DNA of 15,484 nt. Source: Bacteriovoracaceae bacterium (lineage in GTDB: Bacteria; Bdellovibrionota; Bacteriovoracia; Bacteriovoracales; Bacteriovoracaceae). The stretch spans positions 1 through 15,484 of the forward strand of contig JBFGZE010000079.1 in the NCBI GenBank assembly GCA_041586955.1. Reading direction: 5' to 3'. This document shows positions 8,644 through 15,484 of the stretch, piece by piece. Each line of letters begins with the position of its first letter. The first letter of the stretch is position 1. The notes beneath the pieces were generated by a model. That model was not told the DNA's origin and did not search any database. It was given only the letters and a program-made list of their open reading frames with translations. The translations under genes and the position numbers were made by a program.

Positions 8644-9306
8644 TTATAAAATTCCTGTTAACTTAACATCCACGACAACATCATCGTAAATCATTTTATC
8701 ACCGAGACCCTTGAAAAAAGAACCGGAGTTATATTTAATATTATAATGAACGCGGTTAAATTTAATTTGAGTTTTCGCAGTAATATTTTTTCCCTTAGGA
8801 ATTAAATTAACCATAAACATAATAGGCTTGGTAATACCCTTAATTGTCAGGTCCCCATTCACATCATAATGGCCACCTTTACCCATCATAACACTTTTGA
8901 TTTTTAGCTTCGCCTCTTTATGTTTTTCCACTGAAAAGAAATCATCTGATTTTAAATGGCCAACCAATTTCTTATTATAGTCTTTGTCTTTAAGATCAGT
9001 ACAAGTGATAGAAGTCATATCAATCACAAATGAACCACCAACCAAATCTTGTCCCATAAATTCTAATTGGCCTTTTTTAACTTTGACGTGGCCCGTATGT
9101 TGCCCTGTCACTTTGCGGCCAGTCCACTTAACAGAACTTTTGGCCACATTAATTGGCACGACTTTCTTTACGACCTTTATATTTGTTACTGTAGTTGTCG
9201 CTGTGCCCTTTTTGGCCGGCTTCACTTCAGGCTTTTGATTACCACTCGCTATCGCTGAAAAGCTAAGCACTGATAGTAAAAATAAATTAAATATCAACTT
9301 CATCAT
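8644..9306 (-). CDS. yceI: YceI-family lipid/polyisoprenoid-binding protein
   Basis: Signal peptide, SSVKWTGRK, HLKSDDFF and GDLTIKGITKPI motifs, RBS AGGAG. Confidence 0.92.
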   Translation of the reverse strand: MMKLIFNLFLLSVLSFSAIASGNQKPEVKPAKKGTATTTVTNIKVVKKVVPINVAKSSVKWTGRKVTGQHTGHVKVKKGQLEFMGQDLVGGSFVIDMTSITCTDLKDKDYNKKLVGHLKSDDFFSVEKHKEAKLKIKSVMMGKGGHYDVNGDLTIKGITKPIMFMVNLIPKGKNITAKTQIKFNRVHYNIKYNSGSFFKGLGDKMIYDDVVVDVKLTGIL

Positions 9307-9514
9307 GACAAACTCCTAAGTTAAAATTAGTCCCACTAGCCTAGGTATTAACATTAATAATGACAATACAAATCACAACCTTTCTTTTTGGCCAGATACA
9401 TTGTGATCGACTTTTATTTATAATGCGTCTCCCTAAAACCCGTTCCCTAGCTTATAATAATACTCTGCTGGCCCAAAGCATTAAAAAAAACCTCTACTTT
9501 TTGGCGAATTTAAT

Positions 9515-9542
9515 TTGATCTTGATTTGTTTTTTTATAGAAT
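9515..9542 (+). promoter_or_regulatory. Sigma-70 promoter candidate for the histone gene
   Basis: TTGATC-N16-TAGAAT. RBS GGGAG at 9566-9570. Confidence 0.55.
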
Positions 9543-9575
9543 AGTCTAAGGTTAAACCGTGTAAAGGGAGTTGAT

Positions 9576-9761
9576 ATGTCTAACCAAAAAGAAATGTTAT
9601 TAGTTGGATCAAAAACAAAAGAAGCTTTAAAAGGCACAGGGCTTAATGTATCTGGCGATGCCCTCGATAAATTAAATGAAAGAGTTCACGCCCTTGTTAA
9701 AGAAGCTCAAGAAAGATGCGAAGCTAACGGCAGAAAAACTGTTCGTTCAAGCGACTTCTAG
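9576..9761 (+). CDS. Bacterial histone-fold protein (DUF1931-like; Leptospira histone / Bd0055 type)
   Basis: 61 aa: LLVGSKTK (helix 1), NVSGDA (loop 1), long helix 2, NGRKTVRSSDF (loop 2 with R53-D60 clamp, truncated helix 3). Strong RBS and downstream terminator. Confidence 0.9.
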   Translation: MSNQKEMLLVGSKTKEALKGTGLNVSGDALDKLNERVHALVKEAQERCEANGRKTVRSSDF

Positions 9762-9765
9762 TTGG

Positions 9766-9791
9766 AGGGCCTTCAAGGCCCTTATTTTTTT
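9766..9791 (+). terminator. Rho-independent terminator after the histone gene
   Basis: AGGGCCT-TCA-AGGCCCT followed by TATTTTTTT. Confidence 0.75.
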
Positions 9792-10097
9792 ATGGAATCA
9801 AAAAAACTATACGAAAAATTACAAGAGGAAATTGAGAGTGCCCAATGGCATTTACTCAAACCTCATTATACTCGCGGCGCTCTTTATATTGTCGATCAAG
9901 ATCTTCAAATTGCAGAGGTTGCTCTTGCCCTCGCCGAAGACCGTGCTCAGCAAGTTAAACAATGGCTCGACGAAGGGGTTCTCTATCCTCCCATTGAGGA
10001 TGAAGTTAAACTTTGGGATTCCCAAGATACCACTCTTTTTTCTTTTTTAATTGTTCAGCCTTACGTACTTATTCAACAAGGTAGAGATAATGGGTAA
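9792..10097 (+). CDS. DUF2288-family protein (start moved to ATG 9792)
   Basis: AQWHLLKPHYTRGALYIVD, VALALAED..VKQWL and FLIVQPYVLIQ match my recollection of DUF2288. Confidence 0.8.
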   Translation: MESKKLYEKLQEEIESAQWHLLKPHYTRGALYIVDQDLQIAEVALALAEDRAQQVKQWLDEGVLYPPIEDEVKLWDSQDTTLFSFLIVQPYVLIQQGRDNG

Positions 10098-10491
10098 TTT
10101 TTTTCTTTTGGCCCTGATTTTTTCCTTCTCAATTGAGGCAAATCCCATAAAGGAATGTCCAGAAAAGCCTAATTGTGTCTCAACAAATACGAAGCAAAAA
10201 GAACGCCACATTAACCCCATTAAAATAACCGCGAATAAACAAGTGGCCTTCCAAAAAATCATTAAGATTTTAGAATCCACGTCAGGGTTCAAGATCATTT
10301 CAAAAACTGAAGACCATATTCAAGCGGAATACACCTCTTCGTTTTTTAAATTTGTCGACGATGTTGAGTTCTTTTTCTTGGATAAAGAAATTCATATGAG
10401 TTCGCGCTCGCGTAAAGGTCATTACGACTTTAATGCTAACCGCAAACGTTTAGAAAATATTCGCTTTCGCTTTCACCAAAACGATATTTAA
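10090..10491 (+). CDS. DUF1499-family exported protein (start moved to ATG 10090)
   Basis: CPEKPNCVST, FKFVDDVEF and SRSRKGHYDFNANRKR motifs. Signal peptide. Overlaps the upstream stop. Confidence 0.88.
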   Translation: MGNFFLLALIFSFSIEANPIKECPEKPNCVSTNTKQKERHINPIKITANKQVAFQKIIKILESTSGFKIISKTEDHIQAEYTSSFFKFVDDVEFFFLDKEIHMSSRSRKGHYDFNANRKRLENIRFRFHQNDI

Positions 10492-11027
10492 TTAAAACCT
10501 TCCGTCTCTTGGTATTGTTTCGTCGTCTCGAGATATGAGACGTAATGACTGCTATATTTTTTCAATTCATCTTTATTTAAGGCACGTACCACCTTAGCGG
10601 GATTACCTAAAATAAGAGAGCCCTCAGGATACTCTTTACCGGGAGGCACCACACTACCAGCGGCGACTAAAGAATTTTTACGAATAAGGGCTCCATCAAG
10701 GACAATTGCCCCCATGCCAATCAAACAATTATCTTCAATTGTACAAGCATGTAGGGTCGCTTGGTGACCGACAGATACCCCATTCCCGATAATGAGAGGA
10801 AGCTCTTCAGTCACATGCAACATACTCAAATCTTGTATATTAGTATTTTTGCCAATATGAACAGTATTCACATCACCACGGATAATCGTGTTAAACCATA
10901 TATTGGAATTTTCTCCCAAGCGCACGTCACCAATAACTTTAGCACCTGGAGCGAGGAACACTCCGGCCGCTAAGGCCGGGGACTTATCGAGAAAGGGAAA
11001 TATTTGGGTTTCTTTTATTTTTGCCAA
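10488..11027 (-). CDS. Gamma-class carbonic anhydrase family protein (YrdA/PaaY-like)
   Basis: Hexapeptide repeats, VIGDV, IRGD, NIQD, and three His ligands (LHV, GHQATLH). Confidence 0.92.
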   Translation of the reverse strand: MAKIKETQIFPFLDKSPALAAGVFLAPGAKVIGDVRLGENSNIWFNTIIRGDVNTVHIGKNTNIQDLSMLHVTEELPLIIGNGVSVGHQATLHACTIEDNCLIGMGAIVLDGALIRKNSLVAAGSVVPPGKEYPEGSLILGNPAKVVRALNKDELKKYSSHYVSYLETTKQYQETEGFN

Positions 11028-11503
11028 GGAATCTTACTGATATAATGAGCAAGATCCTTTAAATCTTGGGCAGATAGTTTTTTAATATAAGGAAGCATGA
11101 CCTTATTTTCACGCTCTAATGATTGCATCTTTACCAATGATGACTCGATATACCACTCATGCTGACCAGCAATTGCGGGGGCCTTCTGAGATTTTTTCCC
11201 TTGTCCGGCCTTACCGTGACAAACCATACATTTATTAAAAAGATTCGCTCCTCTTTTTAATTGGTCAGTTGTTAATTCAACAAGAGGTCCAGTTGCGACT
11301 TCCACCACATCAGCTTTTTTCATATCACGTTCATGACGAGCTTTCTCCAAAGCGGCCAATTCTTCAACTTTCTTTTGGTTCGCAATTTTTGTCTCTTTGA
11401 AACTAAAGCGAGTATTATCAGGTTCAATTTTTTGAAAATCTTTAAAATTGAGAACAACACTTAAACCAATAAAAAAACAAATAATAGCAACCAATCGGCC
11501 CAT
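11015..11503 (-). CDS. Membrane-anchored mono-haem class I cytochrome c (c553/c4-like)
   Basis: CMVCH haem motif, PAIAGQ..YI, distal Met in VMLPY, N-terminal hydrophobic helix. Confidence 0.9.
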   Translation of the reverse strand: MGRLVAIICFFIGLSVVLNFKDFQKIEPDNTRFSFKETKIANQKKVEELAALEKARHERDMKKADVVEVATGPLVELTTDQLKRGANLFNKCMVCHGKAGQGKKSQKAPAIAGQHEWYIESSLVKMQSLERENKVMLPYIKKLSAQDLKDLAHYISKIPWQK

Positions 11504-11600
11504 GAATTCCTCACAACTATTTTGACTAAATCTTAAATTAAACAGGATTATAGATTATAGTGCTAAAGTTGGCAACATAGCGCGCCGCACAATTAACAAC

Positions 11601-12134
11601 TTAAACCAACTTTTCTAAGAGCTCATCAATAGTAGAAACCACTTGAATAATTTCAAGATGTTCTTGCTTAAGAAAACCTTCATCACGGGCCCTAACAAGG
11701 TGTGCTATAAAATGATCATAGAAGCCATCTTGATTGAGAATGAAGCAGGGCTTTTCATGGTAGAGCAATTGATGCCAAGTCACTATTTCACAAAGCTCAT
11801 CCAAAGTGCCAATCCCACCAGGAATTGCGACGAAGGCGTCAGATAATTCATACATGCGGCCTTTACGTGTATGCATATCTTCAACGATATCCAATTGAGT
11901 TAAATTCTTATGGGCAATTTCCAAATCCTGTATGGCGGTTGGAATAACACCATAAACCTCTCCTTTTAATTCTAAGACAGCATCGGCGATCGCCCCCATC
12001 ACTCCAATGGAAGCACCTCCATAAACCAGAGCAATATTTCGAGCGACCATCTCCCTTCCTAATGCTTGCGCGAAGTCTACATACTTGGGCGATTTACCTC
12101 TACCCGAACCACAAAAAACACATAAACGCTTCAT
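11601..12134 (-). CDS. LOG-family nucleotide phosphoribohydrolase (TIGR00730-type)
   Basis: CVFCGS, LVYGGASIGVMG, MHTRK and PGGIGTLDE motifs. Confidence 0.95.
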   Translation of the reverse strand: MKRLCVFCGSGRGKSPKYVDFAQALGREMVARNIALVYGGASIGVMGAIADAVLELKGEVYGVIPTAIQDLEIAHKNLTQLDIVEDMHTRKGRMYELSDAFVAIPGGIGTLDELCEIVTWHQLLYHEKPCFILNQDGFYDHFIAHLVRARDEGFLKQEHLEIIQVVSTIDELLEKLV

Positions 12135-12895
12135 AACTGCTCCTCAACTTTTGAAAATGGCAAATCATCCCCTGGCCCATACTTAATATAGATCAAATAT
12201 TCCTGATTCCCAGTTTTACCTTTAATCGGTGAACGGCTTAGCCCCTGGGGATGAAGCTCCTTTTTAATAAGGTCATCCCAAAATTCATTTAAAACTTTTT
12301 TAATAATAATAAAGTTTTTAACAATGCCATTCTTGCCGATATTATCGCGACCGACCTCAAATTGTGGTTTAAACAATAAAACCATTTCCCCATAGGGAAC
12401 AAGAAGCTTGGCCATTTCATCTATCACTAAACGCAAAGAGATATAGGAGAGATCAGAAACAATCATATCGACCTTTTCTGGAAGCTCTACTCCCTCCCGA
12501 ATATTTTTCCCTTCTAAATTGATAACCCGGCCATCATTTCTTAATTTCTGCGCTAATTGGTCATGGCCTACATCAATGGCATAAACCTTCTTCGCCCCAT
12601 GCTGTAAAGAAAAATCTGTAAATCCCCCAGTGGAGGCCCCAATATCAGCAATAATTTTCTGAGTAAAATCTAATTTGAATGCCTCAAAGGCGCCCTCAAG
12701 CTTAAGAGCACCTCGCCCAACATAAGGAAACTCTTCTTTAATTTCTATCTTATCGTCCTCAGTAACATTAAATGAGGACTTTTTGATGAGGACTTCATTT
12801 ACATAGATTTGTTCATCTTTAATTAATTGTAATGCCCGTGACCGCGAATCCACTAATTTTCTTTCTACCATTTCTTTATCGAGACGATTTTTCAA
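12131..12895 (-). CDS. tlyA: TlyA-family rRNA 2'-O-methyltransferase (start moved to TTG 12895)
   Basis: S4-like RLDK..SR, YVGRGALKL, DIGASTGGFTD, DLSYISL, KPQFE and GNQEY. RBS-like AGGTG before the TTG. Confidence 0.95.
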   Translation of the reverse strand: MKNRLDKEMVERKLVDSRSRALQLIKDEQIYVNEVLIKKSSFNVTEDDKIEIKEEFPYVGRGALKLEGAFEAFKLDFTQKIIADIGASTGGFTDFSLQHGAKKVYAIDVGHDQLAQKLRNDGRVINLEGKNIREGVELPEKVDMIVSDLSYISLRLVIDEMAKLLVPYGEMVLLFKPQFEVGRDNIGKNGIVKNFIIIKKVLNEFWDDLIKKELHPQGLSRSPIKGKTGNQEYLIYIKYGPGDDLPFSKVEEQL

Positions 12896-12902
12896 AGGAC
12901 AC

Positions 12903-13316
12903 CTAGGGCAATTGGGGGGTGATGACGAGCTCATATAATTGGTCTTCCAACGAATGGGAGACCTTGATCGATTGGTCTTTATTCAAATCAAAAACAATTT
13001 TTTCAAACTTTTTAATTGGCCTAGAATGCTTATCAAAAATAATTCCCGAGAAAGAAAGAATCCAACTATTTAAATCATTTTTTTCACGGCCAATAATGTC
13101 AACATTAAGCTTTGTACCAATGCCATTTTTCATAATCATATTAATGGATTTCTTATGAGAAATTGTTTCTAGTTTATGCAGTTCAGAGGTTAAAACCAAA
13201 CCCTTCTTCATTCCCTGTCTAAAATTCAAAGATAATTTAATAGGTAAATTAGCTTGTAACTGGGTAGAAAAAAGTATTAATGATAAAATAAAGGGAACAA
13301 ATATTTGTTGAATCAT
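12903..13316 (-). CDS. Secreted hypothetical protein
   Basis: 137 aa, signal peptide ending LQA, beta-rich. Ends 7 nt before the revised tlyA start. Confidence 0.7.
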   Translation of the reverse strand: MIQQIFVPFILSLILFSTQLQANLPIKLSLNFRQGMKKGLVLTSELHKLETISHKKSINMIMKNGIGTKLNVDIIGREKNDLNSWILSFSGIIFDKHSRPIKKFEKIVFDLNKDQSIKVSHSLEDQLYELVITPQLP

Positions 13317-13335
13317 TTAAATCTGAGGTCCTATT

Positions 13336-13740
13336 TTGCTATTTAAAAAACTTACTCTCTGGCCATTATGGTATGGCATTGCCTTATTGCTTATTTTTAC
13401 CATTAGCTGGGGATCTTTGGCCAGAGCGTCGGAAGTTCCGACTTTAAGTCTCCCTTATTCCGACAAGCTTGTGCATTTTACGACCTACTTATGCTTGGCC
13501 GCCTGGCTGGGTTTCATTTGCCAAAAAAAGGCCTTCCCCTATGTTTTTTTATTTGTCGCCAGTATGGGGCTCGCGATCGAAATTCTCCAGCCCATTATTT
13601 CTAACCGCTTCTTTGAATGGGGCGATCTGGTCGCCAACACACTGGGTCAAGCAATAGGGCTCACCCTTGCCCAAACCCTATTGTTTAAATTTCCTGAAAA
13701 GTTGGAAATCTTTTTAAAGGTCAATCGTCCCGGCCTCTAA
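13336..13740 (+). CDS. VanZ-family membrane protein
   Basis: DKLVHF..Y, EILQ..R and DLVANTLG motifs, four hydrophobic helices, GAGG upstream of the TTG. Confidence 0.88.
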   Translation: MLFKKLTLWPLWYGIALLLIFTISWGSLARASEVPTLSLPYSDKLVHFTTYLCLAAWLGFICQKKAFPYVFLFVASMGLAIEILQPIISNRFFEWGDLVANTLGQAIGLTLAQTLLFKFPEKLEIFLKVNRPGL

Positions 13741-14505
13741 TTTTTCCACAGCACCACTAAGAAAAACGTTTTGAAAATCTTCATCAAACTCAACCCAGAG
13801 AGTTCCCCCCTTGGTTTGAACTTCGATTAACCCGTGCCAATCAAAAAATTCAAAGCAGGCCAAGGCCACCGCTGTGACACCAGTGCCACACGAAAGAGTC
13901 TCCCCCTCCACACCCCTTTCATAAGTACGAACTTGTATCTTATTTTCCGCAAGAACTTTAAAGAAATTAACGTTAGTGCCATTTTCAAATCGTGGTTCAT
14001 AACGAATTGGTCGCGCCTTCGCCACAAGATCTAATTCATCTAAATGTTCCTCTGAAAAAACACAATGGGGCACGCCCGTATTGAGATAATAGGCATGTTC
14101 ACTGGGATAAAGATCTAAGATATCAATAGAGCCATAATCTTTAAGCTCCGTCATTTGTAATTTAATTATTTGACCAATCTTCGCGCAGTACTCACCCCAA
14201 AGCGTTTCAAAATTGATCTCCTGGTCCGCATCTAATTCGATCCCTAGCTCCTCATGGGCAAATTTGGAAATGGCACGTCCACCGTTCCCGCACATTTCCA
14301 CCTCTCCGCCGTCAGCGTTCACATAGCGCATCAGAAATTGCGTTGGCCCCTCCGGTGGTTCCACAAATAATAGGCCATCGACCTGATAACGCTGACAAAT
14401 GCCGCTTAGAAGCGATTTAGCCTCTAAATTAAAGATCTTTTGCCTATTATCGAAGGCCAAAAAGGTATTCCCTGTTGCGGAATATTTAACATATGAAAAA
14501 GACAT
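13714..14505 (-). CDS. dapF: Diaminopimelate epimerase (ATG 14505 preferred over GTG 14517)
   Basis: KYSATGN, NADG..EMCGNG, NTGVPH, NVNF and RTYERGVEGETLSCGTG, with both catalytic Cys present. Confidence 0.96.
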   Translation of the reverse strand: MSFSYVKYSATGNTFLAFDNRQKIFNLEAKSLLSGICQRYQVDGLLFVEPPEGPTQFLMRYVNADGGEVEMCGNGGRAISKFAHEELGIELDADQEINFETLWGEYCAKIGQIIKLQMTELKDYGSIDILDLYPSEHAYYLNTGVPHCVFSEEHLDELDLVAKARPIRYEPRFENGTNVNFFKVLAENKIQVRTYERGVEGETLSCGTGVTAVALACFEFFDWHGLIEVQTKGGTLWVEFDEDFQNVFLSGAVEKLEAGTIDL

Positions 14506-14532
14506 ATTGTGCACCACGCTGTTTGTTTCTCA

Positions 14533-14561
14533 TAGACAATAATCACCTAAAACGATATAAC
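14533..14561 (+). promoter_or_regulatory. Sigma-70 promoter candidate for the tRNA
   Basis: TAGACA-N17-TATAAC. Confidence 0.4.
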
Positions 14562-14600
14562 TTTCATTAGATCTTTTCTAAGATTCTAACCAGGTATTAA

Positions 14601-14677
14601 GGGTCATTAGCTCAGTTGGTTAGAGCCCCCGGCTCATAACCGGGTGGTCGCAAGTTCAAATCTTGCATGACCCACCA
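14601..14677 (+). tRNA. tRNA with CAT anticodon, probably tRNA-Ile2 (lysidine) rather than Met
   Basis: Acceptor stem GGGTCAT/ATGACCC, D arm GCTC/GAGC, anticodon arm CCCGG-CTCATAA-CCGGG, T arm GCAAG-TTCAAAT-CTTGC, encoded ACCA. Confidence 0.95.
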
Positions 14678-14707
14678 TTTATGCCACTAGTTGAACTAGT
14701 GTCCATT

Positions 14708-14739
14708 AAGGCCCTCTTTGTGAGGGCTTTTGTGTTTTT
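14708..14739 (+). terminator. Terminator after the tRNA
   Basis: AAGGCCCTC-TTTGT-GAGGGCTTT then TGTGTTTTT. Confidence 0.8.
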
Positions 14740-15280
14740 GGCCAGAATATCGCCATAGATATGTAAGCGAAAGCTTCGATCTGATTTGCTTACAATCTTT
14801 TCGAATTTTTGCTCTGCCATCCACCGCCTCTTCTTATCTAGCAAATAAGCGCTCTTGTTGACAGTCCACTTTTTCAATTTTACCACAAATCGTGATCAAA
14901 CGACTCTACCTGAACAATTTATATCATCTTAATTGTAATTACTTATTATTCGATTTGTAGCGTTTCATATTCTGTAAATGATACGCATAAATCCTTCCTT
15001 CATTAGCGATACGATGGCAAACTTGGTCAAGAGCTCCCATGCTCGCTGATCCCTAAGCTAAGAATTCTGATTTTTTATGAACTACTGAAGGATTTTTCAA
15101 ATAAAAGGTGTTAGTTTTCCTTATTCATTTCAGGACAATACTCTTCTTGCCCAATATTACGGAGTTTATTTTAAGCTCAGAGTTTTTGGGTATATCTCAG
15201 GCAATACATAGAGAACTCAGATTACCGTTGAGCTTAGTTATTGTCTTAAGTTCATTTAAAGTTTATTTGCCACTTAAAGT

Positions 15281-15297
15281 TGGCAATTTAATTGCCA
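15281..15297. promoter_or_regulatory. Perfect palindrome that also matches the sigma-54 motif on both strands
   Basis: TGGCAATT-T-AATTGCCA = TGG-N10-GC with TTGC. Confidence 0.45.
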
Positions 15298-15441
15298 TTT
15301 TAAATAAGAACAAAATCTTCATGTATTGAAAAGTAGGCGATATTTATTTTTTTCTTGCAGATAGTTCACTGATCTTTTTGAGCGCAGCCTATACTCGATA
15401 TTAGAAATCAAAACGAGACGAGAGGTTGAGTAACTTCTCTG

Positions 15442-15469
15442 TTGCACACAATTTGTTGTTATTTATAGT
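15442..15469 (+). promoter_or_regulatory. Sigma-70 promoter candidate for a gene starting at or after the window end
   Basis: TTGCAC-N16-TATAGT, followed by ATGGAG at the edge (a start codon or an RBS). Confidence 0.35.
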
Positions 15470-15484
15470 GAAGTATCTATGGAG

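Noticed and set aside
9356..9374. Fur-box-like sequence upstream of the YceI gene
   Set aside because: Only 13 of 19 matches in very AT-rich DNA.
9676..10050. 124-aa ORF overlapping the histone and DUF2288 genes
   Set aside because: It is an alternative frame across two recognisable genes and a terminator.
11564..11575. 12-mer TAAAGTTGGCAA also found at 15275-15286
   Set aside because: A single 12-bp match is expected by chance in a 15-kb AT-rich window.
12896..12934. N-terminal extension MSSSSPPNCPRCP (CxxC) on TlyA
   Set aside because: It overlaps the upstream gene. Homology and the RBS point to TTG 12895 as the start.
12131..13740. Haemolysin (TlyA) and glycopeptide-resistance (VanZ) interpretations
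   Set aside because: Both families are widespread, and no virulence or van-cluster context is present.
14656..14886. 76-aa minus-strand ORF
   Set aside because: It overlaps the tRNA and its terminator and has no recognisable features.
15014..15060. c-di-GMP-I riboswitch resemblance (GGCAAAC ... CCTAAG)
   Set aside because: It lacks the GNRA-capped P2 stem and the GACGCAAAG junction.
14989..15095. Retron msr-msd interpretation (flanking inverted repeat, TTAGC)
   Set aside because: No long msd hairpin and no reverse transcriptase in the window. Revisit only if an RT lies just downstream.
15108..15329. 73-aa hydrophobic ORF
   Set aside because: GTG start without a well-placed RBS; hydrophobicity is explained by T-rich DNA. 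It cannot be fully excluded.
14678..15484. tRNA-integrated island or CRISPR array
   Set aside because: No integrase, att duplication or repeat-spacer structure is visible. The CTCAG repeats are only 5 bp.

Overview
AT-rich bacterial chromosomal window. Gene content and style suggest a Bacteriovorax/Halobacteriovorax-like member of Bdellovibrionota (inference only). Left part: the start of a secreted protein, a degenerate receiver-domain protein, and a cluster of exported proteins (putative outer-membrane beta-barrel plus a 1283-aa Met-zincin lipoprotein, and a further secreted protein) preceded by sigma-54-type promoter motifs. Middle: Nudix hydrolase, YceI-family protein and, most notably, a 61-aa bacterial histone-fold gene with its own promoter, RBS and terminator, followed by DUF2288- and DUF1499-like genes. 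Right part: gamma-carbonic-anhydrase family, mono-haem cytochrome c, LOG family, tlyA, a hypothetical protein, an antisense VanZ-like gene, dapF, a CAT-anticodon tRNA (probably Ile2), and about 800 bp of structured non-coding DNA. No CRISPR array, integrase, transposase or rRNA was seen. All family calls come from motif recognition, not database searches.
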